From assembly GCA_951406725.2 (NCBI GenBank), contig OX597834.1:5022001-5086000 (forward strand): a DNA stretch of 64,000 nucleotides, written 5' to 3'. Shown piece after piece: positions 46,991 through 60,028 of the stretch. The first letter of the stretch is position 1; each line of letters starts with the position of its first letter. The notes beneath the pieces were generated by a model. That model was not told the DNA's origin, made no database searches, and was given only the letters and a program-made list of their open reading frames with translations. A program made the position numbers and the translations under genes. This DNA comes from Octopus vulgaris. Taxonomy: Eukaryota.

Positions 46991-47500
46991 AAATATATAT
47001 AATTAAATAAGGGTAGAAATTGTTATTAATCAATTAAAACCAGTGGGCTAGCATATTTTGAAAAATCCGAAGATTAAAAATTTTGTATATATATATACGT
47101 ACCACTTGAACGCTGAAATGCTGAAATGTTCGGTGGTTCCCCTGCGTCTAAATGTTTTGTAATATTCATGGTATTTTATCCATCTCGGTCATTCAAAATC
47201 AAAAAGGGCAGACAGTATTGTGATTTGTGAATTACTAAAGATACACAATGTTCAGGAGGCATGTTAGATAATAGTGTTAGTAATATAGCATTCGATCAAA
47301 ATTGTTTTTGAGCATGGAATTTTGATGAGCGCCACTTCTCGAGAAGGTATGCTAGTTACGTGATTGTTGAACACTTGAGATATTGCTCAATGTTTTCTAA
47401 TGGGAGTTCTTTTATTTTGTTGACACAATATATCGATTTGAATTCAATCGTATAACCCGAGGAATGCGTCCGTCATTTAGATATTAATAACATTGATGTT

Positions 47501-47885
47501 AGAAATATTAAATTTCTAAATGCCTCAAAGAGACATGAGCGGATGTGGAGCGATAGAGTGGTTGTATACTGTCAACATAACGTGACAGTCCCGTATGGGA
47601 ATTACACCACCGCTGTTTAGCCCTAGGAAGCATCGAACGCTTCCTGTCGTCTTTGACTCATTTCCTGTGTCCTTATATTTGCGAAGGGGAGGCAAGCACC
47701 CCCACCAGCCAAGATTCACACCCGAGAAATGCTAAGACCCAGAAACATACATGTCCTCAGGTGTGAATCTTGGCTGTTGGGGGTGCTTGCCTCCCCTTCG
47801 CAAATATAAGGACACAGGAAATGTGTCAAAGACGACAGGAAGCGTTCGATTTTTCCTAGGGCTAAACAGCGGTGGTGTAATTCCC
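47501..47885 (-). mobile_element. Fold-back element 3 (130-bp arms, 29-nt spacer, 96-bp tail, 12-bp TSD)
   Basis: 47597-47726 is the reverse complement of 47756-47885 (about 5 mismatches). AACATTGATGTT at 47489-47500 and 47886-47897. Strand is inferred from the tail side. Confidence 0.88.
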
Positions 47886-48102
47886 AACATTGATGTTGTT
47901 ATTGATGTAACTCTAATTGTAGTTGTTTCATCTCAAGCTGATATATTTCAGAATCATTTCAGCCACATTCATGCAGTTTTTTCTTCCAGGCCTACTGAAA
48001 CGGAGATTGCATGAGATTATTACATTTCTTATGAAGGTAAGGTTTGATTTGAAAGAAATGTGGCTTCTGATTCTAGCTGGTCATGAGACCATATATTTGC
48101 TT

Positions 48103-48844
48103 CTTTATTACCCACAAGGGGCTACACACAGAGAGGACAAACAAGGACAGACAAACGGACTAAGTCGATTACATCGACCCCAGTGCGTAACAGGTACTTA
48201 ATTTATCGACCCCGAAAGGATGAAAAGCAAAGTCGACCTCGGCGGAATTTGAACTCAGAACGTAATACCTATTTCTTTACTATCCGCAAGGGGCTAAACA
48301 GAGAGAGGACAAAAAAGGACAGACAAACGGATTAAGTCGATTACATCGAACCCAGTGCGTAACTGGTACTTAATTTATCGACCCCGAAAGAATGAAAGGC
48401 AAAGTCGACCTCGGTGGAATTTGAACTCAGAACGTAATACCTATTTCTTTACTACCCGCAAGGGGCTAAACAGAGAGAGGACAAAAAAGGACAGACAAAC
48501 GGATTAAGTCGATTACATCGACACCAGTGCGTAACAGGTACTTAATTTATCGACCCCGAAAGAATGAAAGGCAAAGTCGACCTCGGTGGAATTTGAACTC
48601 AGAACGTAATACCTATTTCTTTACTACCCGCAAGGGGCTAAACAGAGAGAGGACAAACAAGGACAGACAAACGGATTAAGTCGATTACATCGACACCAGT
48701 GCGTAACTGGTACTTAATTTATCGACCCCGAAAGGATGAAAGGCAAAGTCGACCTCGGTGGAATTTGAACTCAGAACGTCGGGGCAGACGAAATACGGCT
48801 ACGCATTTCGCCCGGCGTGCTAACGGTTCTGCCAGCTCGCCGCC
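48103..48844 (-). mobile_element. Head-to-tail tetramer of SINE group A (172-bp period)
   Basis: CGTAATACCT junctions at 48261, 48433 and 48605. Only one full tRNA head (to 48844). TSD-like ATGAGACCAT at 48083 and 48848. Confidence 0.92.
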
Positions 48845-49622
48845 TTTATGAGACCATCTATTGATTCTGTCATTGGTTTGTGAGCTAACGTTGTTATTAA
48901 TCAGTCAGAGCCTCCTCAATGTTGTCAATATTTTGAGCTAAGTAGAAGAAGCCGATGGAAATACTATAGTTGTACTGAAAGGGTAGGAACTGCCTACAAA
49001 AAGTCAGTTATTTCGATATTTCAACGATTATGGTTTCCATTTCGTTATGGAATATTTAAAAAAAAAAACCGTTCGACACATCGCTTAACAGCCTAAACAT
49101 TTTTTCTCAAGAATTTAAATTCTTTTATTTTTTGTTGACTTTTTTAATGACGCCCATTTTCTACTGTTTGGCGCCTAAAATCTGATGAAAAAAACAATGC
49201 ACAAAGCCGACGTACAAAGAATACTGGGTTATGAGATATAAAAGAATTCAAGTATTTATTTTGTTTTATCATCGAACTGTTTATTTTTTAAACTTCGTTA
49301 TTTTCTTTTAATCGTTTATTTTATATTTCTGTTATTACTTAGAACCCAACAACATACCAACAATTGCTGAACGCAAAACATCACCACATCTACCCCCATC
49401 TCCACCGTGTAATAGTATCGATCAAAATCTCTTTTAATGTAGAAAATAATTAATGAAAAAAAAAAAATAAACAAACAAGGAAAAAAAAAACAAAACAAAA
49501 CATATTTTGCACTGCTGGATATAATCTGCTTTCAAACGATTAAAAAATATGATTTTTAATTACTAAAAAAAGATAAAGAAGAAAAGGTTAAAAATCGGTA
49601 TCATCATTATCATCGACGTAGA

Positions 49623-49706
<84 letters not shown>

Positions 49707-49983
49707 TATAGACACATTAGAAACATCTTCGATAATATCATTAACATCATCATTATCGTTAATGATCTTCTAACCTCATACGTTATATTCGTTCATTCTC
49801 ATGTTTATACATATATACACACATCCATACTCACACATATAGACTTGCATGAATGCGTGCTTGCGTGTACAAGTGTATTTCTTTGTGTGTATATATATTT
49901 CTATACATATGCATATACGTGCATATGCGTATAGTTGTGTGCGAATATATATCTAAATATTAACATATATGCGTGTGTATGTT

Positions 49984-50017
<34 letters not shown>

Positions 50018-50744
50018 TGTATGTATGTAAGTATATGATGATGAACATATCTTCTCCATCACAATGGATGGCCTCAGCAAAAAAATAAATCGTATACGCT
50101 CAAACAAAACCGATAAGAAAAATCACTTTTATCTTATGCATTAATAAACAATGCGTCGGCTATTAATTGTAATAAACAATGAAAAGCATTGTATGTCTAG
50201 CTGATGTTGATCGTCTATTGAAGGATAGGTCATAAGATCAAACCGACTGGTATTCATTGAGATTTAAGTAGGTCATATTAATAAAACTTTATAAATCTTA
50301 ACTGATTTATTAAGTGTAGAGTCGGTTTCTCTAGATCATGATTCCCCAGATTTCCATTTAAATGTGATTTTAGAAAAAAAAAGATGCCTTTTCTAATATG
50401 GGTTTTTCAATTACAGCTTTGCATGCCTATATATGCATGTGTTGCTATGTGTGAGTGAGGGAAAGAGAGAGAGAGAGAGAGAGGAGATAAGTAAGCTGAG
50501 AGAGGGAAAGAGGGTGTGTGTGAGAGAGAAATGTTGAATGAACAAAAGAGGTCAAACAAATGCTGATGCATGAAATTTACGGTCTTTTCAAATTCGAGAC
50601 TCAAGCTTCACGTCTTTACCTTTCAGAGAACCGACTGGCGAACCCACATCTTCGAATATATCAATACATATACTTACATACATATACGTGTATAAGATTG
50701 TATTTATAATTTGATCTAGATTAAGAAGCCATTGGTGTATCAAT

Positions 50745-50943
50745 AGCCCTGATAGATCGCTAGCCACTACACACATTTTTTCTCTCCTTGTTTCTCTCCT
50801 TGCTTTTTCTGTGTCCCTTTCTGTAGAAGAGCGTAGGCTCGAAACGTAAAAGACTTTCTCTATTCCTGAGCATTATGCTAATACATCTGTTTGTTTTGTA
50901 CACCACCTGTCTTCGTCTTTTGTTTTTTTCGTAAACTCTCCCT
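50745..50943 (+). mobile_element. PLE pLTR-like repeat, family D
   Basis: CTTT-CTGTAGA-A-GAGC gtag GCTC-GAAA-CG-TA-AAAG at 50817-50852. Confidence 0.7.
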
Positions 50944-51799
50944 ATGTATACATACGTCTGAAATTTGACTGGCGACTGTTGGCGCTACCACCTACGGTTG
51001 CTTTCAGAGTGAGACGCGGGGAGAAAAAAGAGAGAGAGAGTTTGGTAAGAAATAGAAAGGAGGGAGAAACTTTCCTTCAGAGGTGAGATATGCTCAGGGT
51101 TTGTATATATATATATATATATGTTGCTTTATCATTATGCGATAGTTTATGAGTAAGAGAACATGAAAGAAGATTTCCATATAATTTATTTTTATTTCTC
51201 TTTATATTTCTGCCGTTTAGGATGTCATAGTAGCTGCAGATAACATCATTTCGCTCTTATTAGAACTTATCAATAAAACGTAACTTGGGATCATGAAACT
51301 AGATGGTCTATTCACCTAAAACATTTAGGGATTATATACGATCGATTTTCTTTTCGTTTTTTTTTCTTACTCTCTTCACAGTGAAGAAAAGAAGTGAAGA
51401 AATATTGGTAGCACCATGAAAGCCTCATAATTCTTTAAAATTAACATTATACGTTCGATATATTCTATTATTTTTATTTTTAACAGTGGGGGAGAAACGA
51501 TGAGGGGAAAAAGACTGAGTGATATATATATAATTGCCAGTTGTTAATAAGTCCGAAGAAAGCACACTCTGATTTCGTTTTATGAGCAGTGCTTCTTTTG
51601 ATGGTCTTTGGTTACGGCCGGTTAGAAAGTTACCATTGGTTCCACGTCTATTATTGTTCTTGGCTATATAAACGATCCACTAGGCCTGTTGGCCGGACGC
51701 GCATAATATCTTTACTAAATGGGATCTTGGTCAGCATACTGGCCTGAAACGAAATTCTCCGAAGTGAAAACACCTTGTAAACGAGATGGAGTCATCCCC

Positions 51800-52190
51800 C
51801 TTCGAACGGTTCTAGTTGTGTCCGAAAACGTCAAGTGACGCAATTTTTCATTTCCCTAATCGGAGAGCGGGAAATCCATGTCTTCAACACAAATTTTCTT
51901 GAAGCAAATTTCGAAAAGTTTGCTTCCATTGAGTTATCATTTTGGGTGTTCAAGGAGCTTCTATTTAATCCTGTATAAACTTTTCTTTTCTTTTAAACGC
52001 TATATGTTTTTGGCGCCTCTCTGGGATCCTAAAGAAGGACCGATGGTTATTTAATCGTGCTTCAAAATCTTTCGGTTGGTTTTCGCTTCGAAGAATCACG
52101 TTTTAACGGTAATTTCTGTCACCATGTTGACCAAGACTGGATTTCTTACTCCCATTAGCAAAGAGGTTATATGCCTCCGACCATTATCTC
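51800..52190 (-). pseudogene. Decayed Penelope-like GIY-YIG fragment
   Basis: PKDFEARLNNHRSFFRIPERRQ / KEKKSLYRIK*KLLEHPK**LNGSKLFEIC. Parallels the 14-kb fragment. Confidence 0.65.
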
Positions 52191-52316
52191 TATCGAATTG
52201 CCTATATTGCTAAGCGCATTAATAGATGTATATGTTAATAGATGTATATATGGATGTATATACATACATACAAACATACATACATACATACATACATACA
52301 TACATACATACATACA

Positions 52317-52348
<32 letters not shown>

Positions 52349-54669
52349 ATATGAATATGTATATGTGCGTGCCTATATACACATTATTTGTATAGTGCAA
52401 ATTAGATTTACGTTTAATATGAATCTACACGATATTTATGTATATATGTAAATATCCATATATCTATCAATATATTTATCTCTGTGTGTGTGTGTGTGTG
52501 TGTGTGCATGTGTGTGCGTGTGTGCGTGTGTGTGTGCGTGCGTGTCTATGCATGCGTGACTATGTGAGTTTTATGTCATTAAGATCGTATTAATGCGATA
52601 AACGTCTTTTATGATATCTACAGGTTTGCAATTATATTTCAACTTGAATGGATTTTAATTTCTTAGAGCGAGCAAATTGTCAATTAATTGGATACGCCTG
52701 ATATTGAGGGATTTCTTTTAGAAATGGTGACATATTGTTCATAATCATTAAATAAATTATCTCAATTTTAATTCTTATATGCAACAAGACAAAGAGTTTT
52801 GTTATGATTCAAGTAGGAAGCGCGATGTGTTGTCTAGTTTACAATTCGCTTTAACTCGCTTTTATTCCATTTTAATTTACGTAAATGTAAACTGCCGACA
52901 GTTTCTATCTTTCTATTCTTTATAGATATAGAGCAACATTAGTAAATCATATACATATTTCAATAATATATTATGTACTGTTGATATTCTTTTTAAATTC
53001 TATACAATGAATCTCAAACTTCATATTAATATACAATGAACAATTGTTGTCAGGTTTCCACGAGATGAGATGCCGTGTTTTAGAATGGCGTCTTTAAAAT
53101 CACGTACCAATTATATAACTTAAAGGGAAAACGAAATAAAGAAGACTGCAGTAAAATAGAATATCTCCGATATTTTGAGATAAACCTTAGAGCTGAGACC
53201 TCGCTTTGATTTTACGGATGAAGTATATTTGTTTAGGGTAGGCAATCTATCAAAAATCATATTCGTATATGAACTACATACAAAAAGTAACATGTTACGC
53301 GTTCTTAGTATTTGAACTCACACACTGGTTGTTTGTAAGACAATACTCACTCTCGAAACATCGCTTCCTCTAAAACACATCTTTGAATGATTTCAATTTC
53401 AATTTTAAATTACTAAAAACAAACAAAATTATGTAATAGCACCACTCTGTTACGATTCGATAAGTTAATTTGAAATAAAACTTTGCTTGTAAATATCTTT
53501 CCTTTGATATTTTTACTTTTTATTTCAGTGAATTTTACATTTGAGTAATATTTTGGCGTTTGTTTTATGCAGCTTTAAATGGTTCAACACACTTTGATAG
53601 GAAAAAGCAAAATACAAGTGAATATGTAAAATAATCAGTTTATGGAAGTCGATCATAGTTTAACATTTATATTTTGCTGCTTAACTATTGGCTACTACAC
53701 CATTTCATTCCGGTTAAGTATTCTGTTAACTAATAGCCTTGAAGGATTATTGATTGGTTTCTACTTGCAGAGGACCAACTATGGAATAGGATGGGCGCAA
53801 TAATTTGCACCAATCAAATAATCGTGTTATGACAAGTTAATCGATGACTAAATGAGGAAAAACGAATTCAAATCCTTTGGGACCTCCAAGGCGTAACTAA
53901 AAAGAATGTTACAAATATTTTTTTTTGTCTACATCACCATTTGCCGGTAATTTGTGCAGCACATTAGCGTTGTTTATGGTACCATGTATAACAACATTGC
54001 GACTATGGCACCTCTCTCATCATTTATTCTTCTCACACATAAAACATATGGTGATGTATCTTCATTTCCTTAATTACATTTTCTTTATTGAGTATAATTG
54101 ACGTAATAATTAGATTTATCTTAATTTTGTTACCCGCAAACATTCCGCAATAGAAAGAAAGAAATTAATTTTGATAAATTCTGGCTACTGATTTTTGATG
54201 ATATTTCAAGTGGATTACTGCAGAATTTAATAATTTACAAGTATAATTACAGCTTGCCAAATTGGTAAAATGGTTTCATAGTAATTGGAAGGTCTGTGGT
54301 TGATTGCCTCATCTGAGAAAACACTTGTAATTCACTGTGGTAATGCATCCAGTTGAATGATATACAACGTTTGGCGGTTCAGTACTCATATATTTGGAAC
54401 TAGAGTACAATTAAGTTTACTGAAGATTTGCTAGACCGACGTTCTAATTCCCAATTCTCCCATTTTTCTAATCTAAGAAAATAACGGCTCCGCTGTTGAA
54501 CCTTACGTTTAACTTGTTTCGTTGCTAGACATTATACAATTATAGAAAATGTTTCCACCCACACACAGATTTTAATATGATATCCTCATCTAGATACAAG
54601 ACGTTATATACCTCCTTCTCTTCTTAATGCAGTTGTATTCTTACAGTTTCCGAAATGTCTTCAGTAATA

Positions 54670-55070
54670 CTACCAGGGCCTACGCAAAAGAAACCGGAAT
54701 TTTGCAATGTTTACACTTTTATCGCCTTCGAAGTATTCTTCATTTGAAGCAATGCCTTGGTCCAGACGCGTTCTCCACTGTTCAACGCAGCGCTGGAACT
54801 GTTGCCAAGTGATGCCTTTTAACACTCGTTAAAAGGTATCAATAGTTTTTTTTTTCTTCACATCTTCCACATCTGCAAATTCCGTAGCACCAGCCTTCGT
54901 CACCAATGACCTTCACAAAACAAAAAAGAAAAAGAAATCCGGATCAACTGTCAACTGTTCTTTCAGTTCACGACCCGCATTCTCTTGTCACAGTTCTTGA
55001 TCTTCCGTGAGCAATCAAGGCACAAATTTTGCTGCACCTCTTTTCATTTGCAATTTTCTTCTAACTCAAT
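54670..55070 (-). mobile_element. Internally deleted mariner relic
   Basis: LQMKRGAAKFVP*LLTEDQ...ELKEQLTVDPDF, then FADVEDVKKK..QQFQRCVEQWRTRLDQGIASNEEYFEGDK, then a TIR-like end. Confidence 0.75.
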
Positions 55071-56269
55071 TTCGATGACTATATATGGCAGTGCATTTTT
55101 AGAACTTGGAAGTTAAGCTTTTGCCTAAAGCCCTAGTGCATAAGCTTAGTTAAAGTAAATTTTAAGTTCAATTAAAGTTGCATGAGTACAAACATATTAT
55201 GTAGAATCACAAGTACATCTGAAGGTACCTCATTTTAGAAATTCAGTATCACTCTCTGTGCTGATAATCTGACATAAAAGCCATCATTTACTAAGCATAG
55301 TTTAATGATGTAAACACAGAAAAATTAATTAAGTGGCATAGACGAATGATAGGTCAAAAGAATATATGATTTTTTAATTATCTGTCTAACGTCAAAAACA
55401 CCGAAGACAACTCTCCTGTTATTTCTAGTTACTGAAACTGGAAGTCACTAATTAGTGTGTAAAATGAAAAAAAACACTGGAGTACCGTCACCATACATGA
55501 GCAGAAGCAAAATCTATTTATACAGTGCGAAAATTAATATTGAATCAGTCTAGGTAACGAAGTCTGTAGCCTAATTGAAAATCTGCAGAATAAAAATCGT
55601 AGACGCTTGTCAAAATGCACTCTATGACCTCGTTGCAGTTGTCCCTGGGTGTACTATTGGAATGAGTAGTAAAACATGACATCTACAAAACCTAAATACT
55701 CTAAGACAGATACCATAATTGATGGTGGAGACCGTCTCTAAATATATTGCAGGCTAGAGTGGCACTTAAAACTTACTGAGAGCCTTACGAAAGAAAAATA
55801 TATGCAAGATTTTACAATCGGAAATTACTTATTTAAACATATACACAATATTGGATGCCAAACATTCAAAGGATAGTATTAAATAAGAAATTCATCGAAA
55901 GGGGAAACGGGCAAAAAGGACAAAGGGAAAATCCACAGAGCAGAGATTGTGATAATTACAGGGAATATAAAAAGCATTTTTTTTTCGGATCTAGGGACCG
56001 CTACCATCAACAAACTGAACATGAACATAGACTTATATATTTTGCCTCTTATTAGGATTCTTTCATGTTTATTATAACATTTTCCCTCCATCCGTTTCTA
56101 TCACACTTGTCTCACAATTTGTTTCAATACTCAAATTCTACTTCCCACCACAATCTTATTGTTTACCAATTGATGATGTGCAAACAAATATACATATCTA
56201 CATGTATACAAACACTCGTACGTGCACGCACATATACACACATACTTATGTAACTACATGTTTGCGATT

Positions 56270-56430
56270 CCTTTTCCTTCTTTGGACTTTCCCTTTTTCC
56301 TCTCCGACGAAGAGGCACGTTCGAAACGTCAAAATCTCTCTTCTTACCGAGCGTTAAACTAATACATTCCTTGTGAGCACATCCCCTTGATGTCCCTTAG
56401 TTTTATTATTCGTTTATTTCAATCGATTAT
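56270..56430 (+). mobile_element. PLE pLTR-like repeat with decayed minimal hammerhead
   Basis: CCGACGA-A-GAG gcacg TTC-GAAA-CG-TC at 56304-56330. Related to 34244-34445. Confidence 0.55.
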
Positions 56431-56441
56431 TTGAACTGACC

Positions 56442-56504
<63 letters not shown>

Positions 56505-56586
56505 GGTCCCGGGTTGAGTCGGGGTTAACCACAGTAAATAAGGTACTCAATACATAGCAGAGTAAATTAATTTATTATATAGAGGG

Positions 56587-56637
56587 AGCTTCTACAGGAC
56601 TAGAACTGTTTCATTCAAAAGAAATCATCAGGAAGCT
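56587..56637 (-). ncRNA. Type I hammerhead ribozyme motif (left arm)
   Basis: Exact reverse complement of 57041-57091. Confidence 0.75.
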
Positions 56638-57040
56638 AGTTGACAAGAGTTGTTTTGGCATTTATACATTTAGGCAGGTTTAAAGGGGTGGTGGTGGGGG
56701 ACTTTTTGGGGGTAGGCATGGCGCAAAACTATCATTCCTTAGGGGAGTGGTCAAAGGAATCGGTGGTAAAGTAGATAAAAGAATAAACAAAAGAATAAAA
56801 GAATAAATAGAAAAATAGAGTTTTAGGTAAATAAGGAGACTCCTTATTTACCTAAAACTCTATTTTTCTATTTATTCTTTTATTCTTTTGTTTATTCTTT
56901 TATCTACTTTACCACCGATTCCTTTGACCACTCCCCTAAGGAATGATAGTTTTGCGCCATGCCTACCCCCAAAAAGTCCCCCACCACCATCCTTTTAAAC
57001 CTGCCTAAATGTATAAATGCCAAAACAACTCTTGTCAACT

Positions 57041-57091
57041 AGCTTCCTGATGATTTCTTTTGAATGAAACAGTTCTAGTCCTGTAGAAGCT
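57041..57091 (+). ncRNA. Type I hammerhead ribozyme motif (right arm)
   Basis: AGCTTC-CTGATGA-t TTC tttt GAA t-GAAA-CAG ttctagtc CTG-TA-GAAGCT. 6-bp stem I, intact core, weak stem II with a U-U first pair, GUA triplet. Confidence 0.75.
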
Positions 57092-57105
57092 CCTTCTGTA
57101 TAATA

Positions 57106-57156
<51 letters not shown>

Positions 57157-57158
57157 AA

Positions 57159-57323
57159 TGAGTGGCTGTGTGGTAAGTAGCTTGCTGACCAACCACATGG
57201 TTGCGGGTTCAGTCCCACTGCGTGGCATCTTGGGCGAGTGTCTTCTGCTATAGCCCCGGGCCGACCAATGCCTTGTGAGTGGATTTGGTAGACGGAAACT
57301 GAAAGAAGCCTGTCGTATATATG

Positions 57324-57354
<31 letters not shown>

Positions 57355-57562
57355 TTGTGTGTCTGTGTTTGTCCCCCTAGCATTGCTTGACAACAGATGC
57401 TGGTGTGTCTACGTCCCCGCCATTTAGCGGTTCGCAAAAGAGACCGATAGAATAAGTACTGGGCTTACAAAGAATAAGTTCCGGGGTCGATTTGATCGAC
57501 TAAAGGCGGTGCTCCAGCATGGCCGCAGTCAAATGACTGAAACAAGTAAAATAGTAAAAAGA

Positions 57563-57563
<1 letters not shown>
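57159..57563 (+). mobile_element. SINE group C, full length
   Basis: Homologous to 46014-46420. Confidence 0.9.
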
Positions 57564-57626
<63 letters not shown>

Positions 57627-58539
57627 AGCGAAAGAGAGAGGGAAAGAGAAAGAAAGACTGAATTTTGTGTATTTTATGCATCATATTTGTTCTTCGAGTT
57701 GGGACAACAGAAAAGATTATATGCATTTTCCCATTCCTGAAATTAAAAACTTGAGAGGCGAAATGGAGATAATTCGCGCTTACTATGAATTATTAGTCTT
57801 AACGGAAATAACCGCGTTTATAGATATATCTTATAGATATATCTTTCATGACTTTAGAATATTCTTTTCTACCATATTTTCTTAAAAGCTATATTTATTT
57901 TCACAGCCAACATCTGACAACAATCGTGTATGCCTCCTTATCTTAAAACTAGTTTTCATGCGTTCATCTTTTTCTCCATTATCTTCATTTAAGGGGAATA
58001 TTTATAAGGATCTTGTTTAACAGAATTTCCCGACTGATTTCGCTCTTACGGTCGATAAATTATATCTAATAGTTGAAATGACCTTGTAACAAGTTTTATG
58101 AAATTTGCATAAGCAATTTGGTCAAATTCTATTACAATTAACCAAACAATCCCGGGACCTAATCCTATTGGAAATAAGCTACAAAGCCAAGAAATAAAAA
58201 CAGTGTTACCAGCAAAACTAATGAAACACTGGGGAAAAAAAGCGATTTTCAGGATTTAATTCCGTAAATTGAAAGGCGTTGAATTTGCATATCACGTTTT
58301 ATCTGTTCGATAAAAATAGTGCAGTCATATTCTCGTATCGATTCAATATCCTATAGTGATTACATCCTATCAAGCGAATGGCTTTATGCCAAAGCAAGAA
58401 CCACTTAAAAGCAGCAAGTTTAGTAATAGTTCAGATAGTAATGGTAGTTATGGTGGTGGTGGTGATGGTGGTGATGGTGTTAGTAGTAATAGGAGTGGAT
58501 AGGGAGGAATAGCAGCAGTCAGATTGGTTTGGAATATTC

Positions 58540-58720
58540 GGGCACAAAGCTGGCAATCTCGGAAACGATGTAAGTCGATTGATACGGACCCAGTATTCAA
58601 CTGGTACTTATTTTATCGGCGCCGAGGGATGAAAGGGAAAGTCGACCTCGGCGGAATTTGAACTAAGAACCTAAGGACAGGCGAAATGTCGCTAAGAATT
58701 TTTCTCACAGTGCTAACGAC
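58540..58720 (-). mobile_element. SINE group A
   Basis: CTGGTACTTATTTTATCG...GGATGAAAGGGAAAGTCGACCTCGGCGGAATTTGAACT. Confidence 0.8.
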
Positions 58721-59119
58721 TCAGCAGCAGCAGCCGCGGTGGCGGCAGGGGCAGCAGTAGTAGTAGTAACAACAGTAGCAGCTGCAGTAGCAGAAGTGTG
58801 TAGTAGTAGTAGCAGCAGCAGAAGTAGTAGTAGTAGCAGCATCAGTTTTAATAATGGATCTCTCTAATTTTTTTTTCCAACTACTTAAAATATTTCCCCA
58901 GATTAAAATTTTCACCAGATTGGAGGCTTATGATTGGCTCAAATTACATAACTTTGAATTCTTGAAATTTCTTTATACTTAATTTCTAAAGAGGAAATAA
59001 TAAAAAGAAAAAAAATGAACGTTATTTTCGTCATCGGCATGCAAAAACTACATCAGAACTACATCTTTTGAAAGTAATATGGTAAAAGCTTGAAATACTT
59101 CAGGTAGTTGGTAGAAATT

Positions 59120-59284
59120 TAAGTAGTAGTAGTAGTAGTAGTAGTTTAGTAGTAGTAGTAGTAGTAGAATGTAGTAGTAGCAGCAGCAGTAGTAGTAGTA
59201 GTAGTAGTAGTGGTCGTTGTAGTAGTAGTAGTGGTCGTTGTAGTAGTAGTAGCGGTCGTCGTCGTCGTCGTAGTAGTAGTGGTC

Positions 59285-59315
<31 letters not shown>

Positions 59316-59357
59316 AATGTAGTAGAATGTAGTAGTAGTAGTAGTAGTAGTAGTAGT
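59120..59357. repeat. (TAG)n compound microsatellite
   Basis: Direct reading. Confidence 0.95.
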
Positions 59358-59467
59358 GTTTGTTTTTGTTGTGCTATTCAATGTTGTCACAAAATTCCAT
59401 ACAGTTTACTTTGTTTCTTGTAAAAATCTCATCTTACTAAACACATTATGGTTCGAACCCCATGTAC

Positions 59468-59517
<50 letters not shown>

Positions 59518-59824
59518 TCATTCATTCATGTCATTCGATAGCAGCTATACTGATGCATCAGTTTCGTGTGTGGTCTTAACAAATTCTGGTTTAGTGAATC
59601 CATTTATATTTATCGACTGATTTACTTCCGGCAAGGAATAATAATGACCGCAAGGAGCTCGTCCAAAGCAACGATTTATTAGCATTTCATTGAAGATACA
59701 TGCATATGCAACTGTATATAAGCACAAACTCGTGCGCATAAACACACACAAACACACACAACAACGCACACACATACACACACAGACACACACACAGTGT
59801 GGTCCTAACAAATAGTGGTTTAAA

Positions 59825-60025
59825 ATTTTGGCACTATGCTAGCAATTTCGACGGAAAGCTAAGTCGAGTACATCTCACTCCAGTGTTCAACTGGTACTTA
59901 TCGTATTCACTACAAAAGGATTAAAAGCAAAGTCTACATGAATGGGATTTGATCTCTGACCGTAAAGCGATTCGAAATGCCACTGATAATAATTTTGCCC
60001 GGCATGCTAACCATTTTGCCAAATC
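59825..60025 (-). mobile_element. SINE group A, degenerate
   Basis: AATTTTGGCAC...CAGTGTTCAACTGGTACTTA...TTTGCCCGGCATGCTAAC. Confidence 0.65.
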
Positions 60026-60028
60026 ACT

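Larger units (their letters stand above)
56501..57108 (-). mobile_element. Fold-back element 4 (269-bp arms, 1-nt spacer, 69-bp tail), in (TA)n
   Basis: 56570-56838 is the reverse complement of 56840-57108 with 4 mismatches. Confidence 0.92.

Noticed and set aside
48103-48844. CRISPR-like periodic array
   Set aside because: Whole units repeat with no unique spacers, the sequence is SINE-derived, and the context is eukaryotic.
56685-56716. G-rich tract with possible G-quadruplex
   Set aside because: Only three long G-runs, and two of the Gs differ in the other arm.
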